In this document: positions 34,228-40,569 of the stretch, piece by piece
Layout: each line of letters starts with the position of its first letter
Position numbering within the stretch: position 1 is the first letter of the stretch
Source of the DNA: an uncultured Bacteroidales bacterium
GTDB taxonomy: Bacteria > Bacteroidota > Bacteroidia > Bacteroidales > JAADJA01
Direction of reading: 5' to 3'
Assembly: GCA_964408535.1 (NCBI GenBank)
Contig: CAYOZZ010000144.1
Location: 1-40,569 of the forward strand
DNA: 40,569 nt
The notes under the pieces: generated by a model
Databases searched by the model: none
Seen by the model: the letters and a program-made list of their open reading frames with translations, nothing else
Told to the model about the DNA's origin: nothing
Position numbers and translations under genes: made by a program

Positions 34228-34830
34228 ATGAAGAAGTTTTATCTTGAGATTGTAGTTTTCGTTTCGGGTGCCGTTGTGATGGCTTTTGAAATTATCGGCT
34301 CGCGAATGCTTGGGCCTTATGTGGGTACATCCATCACAGTCTGGTCTGCAATAATCGGTGTTATTCTTATGAGTCTGAGTCTCGGATATTATCTTGGAGG
34401 GAGATATGCCGACAGAAAACCTGAATTTACGCTTTTGGCAAAAATTATTATCGTTGCAGCCGTATTTATCATTTTTTCGACTGCAATAAAGGATGTGTTG
34501 CTGAAAAGCCTTCTTAATATAACCGGCAATGTCAAAGCCGTCTCGCTGCTTGCTTCACTGATACTTTTTTCTGTGCCGGGCTTTCTGCTTGGGATGGTTT
34601 CGCCTTTTGCAGCAAGGTTGAAAATAAACAACCTGAAAACGACCGGGGCAACAGTCGGAAATCTTTACGCCATTTCAACGGTCGGTAGTATTACCGGAAC
34701 TTTTCTGGCAGGATTTTATCTTATACCGGCATTTGCAGTGTCGCACATATTGTACATTCTTTCGGCTTCATTAATTATTTTTGCCGGAGGACTGTTTTTT
34801 GTTTATAAACCGCAAACGGAATTAAACTGA
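34228..34830 (+). CDS. Polytopic membrane protein resembling the N-terminal membrane domain of spermidine-synthase-like fusion proteins
   Basis: ORF 34060..34830. The Met at 34228 gives MKKFYLEIVVFVSGAVVMAFEIIGSRMLGPYVG. About 6 TM helices. No methyltransferase-fold domain follows. Confidence 0.45.
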   Translation: MKKFYLEIVVFVSGAVVMAFEIIGSRMLGPYVGTSITVWSAIIGVILMSLSLGYYLGGRYADRKPEFTLLAKIIIVAAVFIIFSTAIKDVLLKSLLNITGNVKAVSLLASLILFSVPGFLLGMVSPFAARLKINNLKTTGATVGNLYAISTVGSITGTFLAGFYLIPAFAVSHILYILSASLIIFAGGLFFVYKPQTELN

Positions 34831-34831
34831 T

Positions 34832-35641
34832 ATGAAATTAAAATCTTTATCTATCATTTTGGCCGGAGTTATCCTGATGTTGTCAGGATGCTCGGCACCC
34901 GAACAACATAGTCCGGCACCGGTAAGGATAGCAATATCAAAGGCTGTTCCCGAAAAGAGTTATAAAAATTATATCAGATGGCTGAAAGCTGCCGACTCCA
35001 CGGTTGTTTGTATTGATATGTATCACCTTGGTGTTGATTCGGCTTTGAAAGTACTTGAAACCTGTGACGGACTTCTTTTGACCGGAGGTGATGATATAAA
35101 TCCCGAAAGATATGGTGAGAAGTTTGACTCGACAAAATGCGACCTTCCCGACAATTACAGGGATACTCTGGAGTTTGCACTTATAGGGAAAGCGCTTAAA
35201 ATGAAACTCCCGATACAGGGTATTTGCCGCGGTCATCAGATTTTGAATGCCTACTTCGGAGGGACATTATATCAGGATATTCCTACTGACGTGGGAACAA
35301 ATGTTTTGCACCGTCATCCGCCGTATAAACCGGCAAACCACGATGTTAAAGTTGAGGAAAACTCGCTGCTGAATGAGGTTGCAGGAGTGACGGGGGGAAC
35401 TGTTAACAGCAATCATCACCAGGCTGTCAATAAACTTGCTCCCGGATTAAGAGCAGTGGCACATACAGACGACGGGTTAACCGAATCGGTTGAGTTAATT
35501 GATACTGACGGCATGGCCTATCTTCTTGGTGTACAGTGGCATCCTGAAGCTATGAGTTATGATAATCCGCTGTCAATCAATATTGCAAAGCGGTTTGTCA
35601 GGGAGGCGAAAAAAAGTAGGGCTCGACTACGTTCGCGCTGA
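34832..35641 (+). CDS. Gamma-glutamyl-GABA hydrolase family (peptidase C26, class I glutamine amidotransferase) with lipoprotein signal
   Basis: 269 aa. Lipobox MLSGC. Catalytic GICRGHQILN, plus HHQAV and VQWHPE. Confidence 0.75.
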   Translation: MKLKSLSIILAGVILMLSGCSAPEQHSPAPVRIAISKAVPEKSYKNYIRWLKAADSTVVCIDMYHLGVDSALKVLETCDGLLLTGGDDINPERYGEKFDSTKCDLPDNYRDTLEFALIGKALKMKLPIQGICRGHQILNAYFGGTLYQDIPTDVGTNVLHRHPPYKPANHDVKVEENSLLNEVAGVTGGTVNSNHHQAVNKLAPGLRAVAHTDDGLTESVELIDTDGMAYLLGVQWHPEAMSYDNPLSINIAKRFVREAKKSRARLRSR

Positions 35642-35727
35642 TGTATGATGGTTATAAAAAAACTCATAGTATATAAAACGGGTTAATGTCAATGATTTTT
35701 TGTTCTAACATCTAAAAATCAAACAAA

Positions 35728-36768
35728 CTAATCCAAAACCTTATGAACGGCATAATTGGTCCATTTTTCAAGAAGTTGCCTCATATCATCCGGAAAAGGA
35801 GCTTCAAAAAGCATTTTCTCATTTGTTGTAGGATGGATAAATCCGAGAGTTCTGGCGTGGAGTGCCTGGCGCGGACAGATTGAAAAACAATTTTTGACAA
35901 ACTGTTTATATTTTGTGAATGTCGTACCTTTTAAAATTCTGCTTCCTCCGTAAGTTTCATCGTTAAAGAGCGGATGTCCGATATATTTCATATGAGCTCT
36001 GATCTGATGTGTGCGGCCTGTTTCAAGCTGACACTCAACCAAAGTCACATATCCGAAACGTTCGGCAACTTTATAATGAGTAACCGCACTTTTCCCATAT
36101 TCGCCGTTTGGAAAAACAGCCATCATCTTTCTGTTTTTCAAGCTCCGGCCAACATGGCCTTCGATAGTTCCCTCATCTTCATCGAAGTCACCCCAGACAA
36201 GCGCGTTATATTTTCTGTCAATACTATGGTCAAAAAACTGCTCCGATATTTTTGCCTGGGCTATCTCATTTTTGGCAATCAGCATTACACCCGAAGTGTT
36301 TTTATCAATACGATGTACCAAATAGGGGCCGGGTTTTATCTTTTTTGTCTCACCTCCGTTCTGTTGGAAGTGCCACAACAGGGCATTCACAAGCGTACCC
36401 GAAAAATTTCCGTGAGCAGGATGTACAACCATTCCGGCATACTTATTCACCACAATAATATCATCATCCTCATAAAGAATTTCGATGGGAATATCTTCGG
36501 CAAGCATCTCTTTCGATCTGACAGGCTCTGCCATAACAATGGAAATAACATCTCCCGGTCTGACTTTATAAGAAGGTTTTACGGGTTCACCGTTAACAAG
36601 AATGTTTCCGCTGTTTGCTGCCGTCTGCAACCTGCTTCTCGAAGCATTTTCAATATGGTGCATCAGGTATTTGTCAATCCTCAATGGGCTTTGTCCCGGA
36701 TCAACATTAAATCTGTAATGCTCAAAAAGTTCCTGGTCCTCATTTGTCTGATCGGAAAGTTCTGTCAT
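35728..36768 (-). CDS. rluD: 23S rRNA pseudouridine synthase, RluD subfamily
   Basis: 346 aa. S4 domain (RIDKYL...). Catalytic HRIDKNTSGVMLIAK. GRTHQIRAH motif. Confidence 0.85.
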   Translation of the reverse strand: MTELSDQTNEDQELFEHYRFNVDPGQSPLRIDKYLMHHIENASRSRLQTAANSGNILVNGEPVKPSYKVRPGDVISIVMAEPVRSKEMLAEDIPIEILYEDDDIIVVNKYAGMVVHPAHGNFSGTLVNALLWHFQQNGGETKKIKPGPYLVHRIDKNTSGVMLIAKNEIAQAKISEQFFDHSIDRKYNALVWGDFDEDEGTIEGHVGRSLKNRKMMAVFPNGEYGKSAVTHYKVAERFGYVTLVECQLETGRTHQIRAHMKYIGHPLFNDETYGGSRILKGTTFTKYKQFVKNCFSICPRQALHARTLGFIHPTTNEKMLFEAPFPDDMRQLLEKWTNYAVHKVLD

Positions 36769-36778
36769 AGAAAATACC

Positions 36779-38944
36779 TTATTGGGTTATTATAAGTTTT
36801 GAAGTGTAGTGACGCGTGTAAGCCGAATCAAAAACGTCAACAATATAGATACCCTGTTTCAGTTCCGAAACCGTAACGGATGAGCCTGAATACGGAACAG
36901 AGTAGATCAATTGACCGTAAATATTGTATATACTGACTTTTAGATACTTCCACATCTCCGGTTTGGACGATTGTACGTTTGGAATAACAATATTTATCAT
37001 ACCGTCAGGTTCGGGTGGATTTGGATATATCAGTAGTTTTTCCGTGCTGTTTTTGTATCCTGCGTTTTCGTCCATTGGTACCAATTGGGCACCGAGCAAA
37101 GGTCTTATCATCAGTGAGCCTTCAAAATTCGAGTTTGTCCATTTACCGTCAACATTGTAAAATATTTTATCCTTTGAATTTGTGTTCCTGTCGAATCCGA
37201 TATTCAGATTGTCGTTGGTTGTCTGAACCCAGCCGATATAAAATTTACCTTGCCCGAGAATAAGCTCTTTATCGGTGAAATATTTATCAGCGAAATTATT
37301 GAATCCATCGGTAAAATCGGGCAGAACATTTTTCTTCTGATAGATTATCAGCCCGGGTTCTCCGTTGTTATCATTCCAGACTGTGATGTGAAACAATTTC
37401 TCGTTATAATTATGGACAACTTTGTTGAAAAACATACGCACACCCCTGAGAGTATCCGGTTTTTGCAGGTTGAACTGGTAAGCAAGCATTGCGCCGGCAG
37501 GAGATAAGCCGTAGCCTGCCTCTGCGGTTCCATCGTCATACGAAAGGTAATTATAGAAGTTTTGCTTTGCCGTCACAGTATCACCAAACTGGTTATTCTG
37601 GTCGTGAATTATATATGTAGCATTAAAACAGGCTGTATCGTGAGCATCCAAATCAAACAGGCAACAACCTGACATGAAATTCACAAAAGGCTGGTAACTG
37701 TTGCTGCTCATATTGAAAAGCGGTTCCATATATCCATCGTAAGATGTAGTGTAACTCTCAATGATTTCTCCCTCTTTATCCGTAACTAAAAACTCAAATG
37801 TTGAAAAATGCTGTACCGAATCAAGGTTGTTTGCATAAACATCAATTGTTTTTACAAATGAGAACAGATCATCGCTATACTGATAGTAAGGCATTGAGGA
37901 GTAGTTTAATAGCAGGCTTTTCGGTCTCTCGTTAAAACAGAGTTTCTTTTGATAGTAATCGTTATATTTCCGGTTTGCATTAAGGTAAACCATATCAATA
38001 TTCCACTGATCCGTATTGCTTTTCCAACTGTTGATATTTGATATGCTTCCGTAATTCCTAAATCTGAACTGAAAATCACCTTTAAGCCAGGATGTATCTT
38101 TTATGGGAATCGTAACATATCTGAAATATGTATTATACTTTTCGGTAAATGTCTCAAGAGAGTCGCCACCGGCACTCCATACTTCTTTCCAGTCGGTTGC
38201 CAGCGTGTAAATGGAATCGCAGGGAACCAGAACGGAATCGGTATATATCAGAATATCTTCAACGGTATAAAACGGAATATCACAATCAAGTTCGATTATA
38301 TCACCGGGAAACAAAGTGTCACCCTCGCCGTAATACTCCCCGTCAGGTTTTTGTATTTCATAAACGTGTAACCAGAACGACTCAATATATGAAAAGACCG
38401 TATCTTCGGTATATCTGCCGAATTCCAGTATTAACGAGTCGTGTGGCAATGGCGGAACACCTCTTCCCTGCGGCTGGTAATAAAACGAAAAATAAACCGA
38501 ATCAGCCGGAGTCAGTTTGCGCATACCCTGAATCCCGTCATCATAAATGGAATCAAGTCTTATCGGGAAAGAGGTCAGATAATCGGCTGCAAAAGGGAAA
38601 AAATTAGCATTTCCGTATATATCTCCGAACTCATCGAGAACATCAAAAGTCGCAACGCCCATGTTTATGGGGAAAACACCATAATCAGGATTCACATAAA
38701 CATAATCGTCAAGCCATTTGTTGCTGTCGGGATAGACACCTTTTTTTGAAAAATCATCGTAAAAAGGCAATTCAAGAGGATTATATTCGATAAACTCCGA
38801 TTTAAAATAAGCTCCGGGCTTTTCTTCAATAGACCTGCGATATTGTTTTATAACAGAGTTATTCCCGACACCTGTCAGATATTCCTGCGAAAAGAGTGTC
38901 AGAGGGAACAATGTTGCCAGTATGTAAACTAAATATCTTTTCAT
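36779..38944 (-). CDS. T9SS-secreted protein of unknown function (type A C-terminal sorting domain)
   Basis: 721 aa. Signal peptide. The C-terminal ~80 aa carry LLIYPNP...YNIYGQLIY...LKQGIYIVDV...KLIITQ. ATGA overlap with the upstream PASTA gene. Confidence 0.7.
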   Translation of the reverse strand: MKRYLVYILATLFPLTLFSQEYLTGVGNNSVIKQYRRSIEEKPGAYFKSEFIEYNPLELPFYDDFSKKGVYPDSNKWLDDYVYVNPDYGVFPINMGVATFDVLDEFGDIYGNANFFPFAADYLTSFPIRLDSIYDDGIQGMRKLTPADSVYFSFYYQPQGRGVPPLPHDSLILEFGRYTEDTVFSYIESFWLHVYEIQKPDGEYYGEGDTLFPGDIIELDCDIPFYTVEDILIYTDSVLVPCDSIYTLATDWKEVWSAGGDSLETFTEKYNTYFRYVTIPIKDTSWLKGDFQFRFRNYGSISNINSWKSNTDQWNIDMVYLNANRKYNDYYQKKLCFNERPKSLLLNYSSMPYYQYSDDLFSFVKTIDVYANNLDSVQHFSTFEFLVTDKEGEIIESYTTSYDGYMEPLFNMSSNSYQPFVNFMSGCCLFDLDAHDTACFNATYIIHDQNNQFGDTVTAKQNFYNYLSYDDGTAEAGYGLSPAGAMLAYQFNLQKPDTLRGVRMFFNKVVHNYNEKLFHITVWNDNNGEPGLIIYQKKNVLPDFTDGFNNFADKYFTDKELILGQGKFYIGWVQTTNDNLNIGFDRNTNSKDKIFYNVDGKWTNSNFEGSLMIRPLLGAQLVPMDENAGYKNSTEKLLIYPNPPEPDGMINIVIPNVQSSKPEMWKYLKVSIYNIYGQLIYSVPYSGSSVTVSELKQGIYIVDVFDSAYTRHYTSKLIITQ

Positions 38945-39822
38945 TCAACTTTTTTAAACAGCGTATCAACAGCAAGAGTGTCGGTGCGCAAAGAGTCAGG
39001 TAAAAACGTTTGCAAATATAATTCAAAATCAACCGAATCATCCGATCTGTACCAAAGATGTATAGAGTCGCCCGGATAATAAGACAGTTTCGTATCCCAA
39101 CGCGGGTCCTGCATATAAACCTTTGAATGTTCTTCATCAACAATACTGTCGAGATATATTTCGTGTCCAAGGTTAAAAGAGGCGGTATTGATGGAATAAA
39201 TTGCCTCCTCACGTGTTTTCCCAATCAGGAACGGAACCGGAATTTCGTAAGTTCTGTCACCGGAGCCGACAACAAGGTCAATCACGGAGCCTTTAACAAG
39301 TGTGTCGCCCGGAAAAATCGTGTCACCCTCAAACATCTGCTCAAGAACAGCATTCTTGTCAAAACTCGGAACATATTTCAGTTTACCAACCTGCAGTTTG
39401 CCCGATTCAAGCACATTAACCGCCTGTCGGAGTGTCAGGTCTTTCAGATCGGGCATAATAACCAGTTCCTGAGTCATTGCGACAACCGTAAGATAGACAT
39501 TCCTGCCCTTTTTGACCATTGTACCTGAATGTGGTAATTGCATCACAACCGTTCCGCCCGGTTTACTTTCATCATAGACCGAATCAATAATGAAAAAGTC
39601 AAAACCGGCGCCATATCCTGCTGAGTCTATCTGCATAACAGTCATATCTTTAAAGTCAGGCAGTTCCACTTCCTCACCATGCTCAGTGTAAATATCAAGG
39701 AATTTAATAGCCGTAAATATCAGGATCATCATCAGTATAACGGCAATACCGAGGTTTTTAAAAAACCGTTTACTAATAAGAAACCCGAGGAAATAGTTTT
39801 TACCTTTTTTTCCGCCTGCCAT
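38941..39822 (-). CDS. PASTA-domain membrane-anchored protein
   Basis: 293 aa. N-terminal TM helix, then three PASTA-like units (VELPDF..., VIMPDLKDLTLRQAVNVLES..., YEIPVPFLIGKTREEAIYSI...). Confidence 0.7.
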   Translation of the reverse strand: MAGGKKGKNYFLGFLISKRFFKNLGIAVILMMILIFTAIKFLDIYTEHGEEVELPDFKDMTVMQIDSAGYGAGFDFFIIDSVYDESKPGGTVVMQLPHSGTMVKKGRNVYLTVVAMTQELVIMPDLKDLTLRQAVNVLESGKLQVGKLKYVPSFDKNAVLEQMFEGDTIFPGDTLVKGSVIDLVVGSGDRTYEIPVPFLIGKTREEAIYSINTASFNLGHEIYLDSIVDEEHSKVYMQDPRWDTKLSYYPGDSIHLWYRSDDSVDFELYLQTFLPDSLRTDTLAVDTLFKKVE

Positions 39823-39838
39823 TTTAAATTTTTAGACT

Positions 39839-39846
39839 CAAAATTA
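39839..39846 (-). promoter_or_regulatory. -7 promoter box (TAatTTTG) for the PASTA/T9SS/rluD unit
   Basis: Plus strand reads caaaatta, 17 nt upstream of the ATG at 39822. Confidence 0.4.
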
Positions 39847-39989
39847 ACTTTATAACTAATCAAACAAAGAAATATTGTTTAAAACGGCAAAGGTACATTA
39901 AATTTTCTCATTTTAACCTCACTTTTGTAAAGCCCGGATTATACGATGGTATAATTATGGCTTGACAGCATTAACAAGAAGCAGAAGCG

Positions 39990-40265
39990 GTGTCCAATCT
40001 CCTGATGACTACAGGTGTCACAGTCCGTAATACTATTCAGCCCCAATTTCGTCTGCAAAATTGCCATCCGGAGATTTCGGGCAGGTTTTTGGCTGCGTCT
40101 AATTTTAAGAAGCCGGTTTGGTTTTTAGGTTAGGTTTATGTTGTGGGCATACCTGACCTTTGATCTCCATACAGGCTTTTCCGACTCAACCCTCCCAATT
40201 ACTATCGGGGCTCTCTAACAGTAGAGAGGGGAAACCCATCTATGTTCCAAGCTTCCACGCTTGGA
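39990..40265 (+). ncRNA. Candidate structured RNA or MITE-like element, copy 2
   Basis: AATCTCCTGATGACT (39996..40010) pairs with GCCATCCGGAGATT (40063..40076). The ~110 nt from 39996 are about 65-70% identical to the minus strand of 20625..20735. Downstream hairpins: CTCTCTA-acag-TAGAGAG and CCAAGC-ttccac-GCTTGG. Confidence 0.3.
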
Positions 40266-40282
40266 AATATATAAAACACCCT

Positions 40283-40420
40283 CCTTCGTGAACCTTTGAG
40301 CCTTAGTGTCTTAGTGGCATTATTAGTCCCGTAACGGATATTTTGTTTTTTTGCCACAAAGGCACTAAGAAACACAAAACCCCATTATTTAAGTTAGTGT
40401 AAATTCGTGTAATTCGTGGC
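40283..40420. repeat. Island of degenerate 9-10 nt tandem units arranged as an inverted repeat
   Basis: ccttcgtga/acctttgag/ccttagtgt/cttagtggc faces the inverted gccacaaag/gcactaaga/aacacaaaac. This is followed by agttagtgt/aaattcgtgt/aattcgtggc. Confidence 0.6.
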
Positions 40421-40569
40421 CCTGGCTCTATCGCTGTGATAAGCACCGGCCACCTTAACCCTAACCATATTCCCATACCGGCTTCCTTGCCATAACCCTC
40501 CACCTAAATTCGTGGGCCCCGGCTCTTTCGGATTCCAGCGCAAGCACTATCGTCAGTCTTTTGAAAGAA

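Noticed and set aside
35974-36795. 273-aa plus-strand ORF
   Set aside because: It is entirely antisense to the confidently recognised rluD CDS. The composition is Ile/Phe/Asn-rich and no motifs are present. This is a typical shadow ORF in AT-rich DNA.
38149-38749. 152-aa and 102-aa plus-strand ORFs
   Set aside because: They are antisense to the T9SS cargo gene, Arg/Lys/His-rich with low complexity, and lack start context.
39996-40076. CUGAUGA box followed by a stem, suggesting a hammerhead ribozyme (also at 20715..20729 on the minus strand)
   Set aside because: After the putative stem II there is no GAAA core element (UUACAA and AUACUA instead). CUGAUGAC is better explained as one strand of a 15-nt helix with GUCAUCCGGAG.
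40283-40569. Possible CRISPR array, suggested by the recurring aattcgtgg strings
   Set aside because: The units are 9-10 nt, contiguous or irregularly spaced, and degenerate. There are no 25-40 nt repeats alternating with unique spacers, and no cas genes in the window.

Overview
This 40.6 kb window is low-GC, densely coding chromosomal DNA that looks like Bacteroidota. Several genes are preceded by TAnnTTTG -7 promoter boxes. There is a T9SS C-terminal sorting domain, a TonB-dependent receptor, and many lipoprotein signal peptides ending in Cys. I support about 36 protein genes. Housekeeping and envelope genes include guaA, rluD, pnuC plus a kinase-only NadR-like ATPase, a GH13 amylase, a PASTA protein, a LysM protein, a glycosyltransferase/flippase pair and an ABC-2 exporter. 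Regulators include two ECF sigma factors (one with an anti-sigma and periplasmic partner) and two tandem TPR-TM-LuxR proteins. I found no rRNA, tRNA, CRISPR array, transposase or integrase.

The most interesting locus is a minus-strand cluster at 28655->20849. It holds an OprC/NosA-type TonB-dependent copper receptor in which both CxxxM and HxM are readable, followed by a Tat-exported NapG/NosG-like ferredoxin, a NapH/NosH-like membrane polyferredoxin, a NosF-like ABC ATPase, a NosL-like lipoprotein, a NosY-like ABC-2 permease, a pentapeptide-repeat lipoprotein and a YceI-like lipoprotein. It has the accessory genes of a nos cluster but no NosZ and no NosD. A different beta-helix protein sits at the end of the ABC module, where a NosD-like partner would be expected.

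There is also non-coding structure that the genes do not explain:
- Two diverged copies of a hairpin-rich element that share a conserved long-range helix (20.4-20.85 kb on the minus strand, 39.96-40.27 kb on the plus strand).
- A ~160 bp direct repeat at ~92% identity, found upstream of two secreted-protein genes and carrying a conserved small ORF.
- REP-like CAAGC..GCTTG hairpins between cistrons of the copper operon.
- Islands of degenerate 9-10 nt tandem units (YTTNGTG).

All homology calls come from reading motifs by eye. None has been confirmed by a search.
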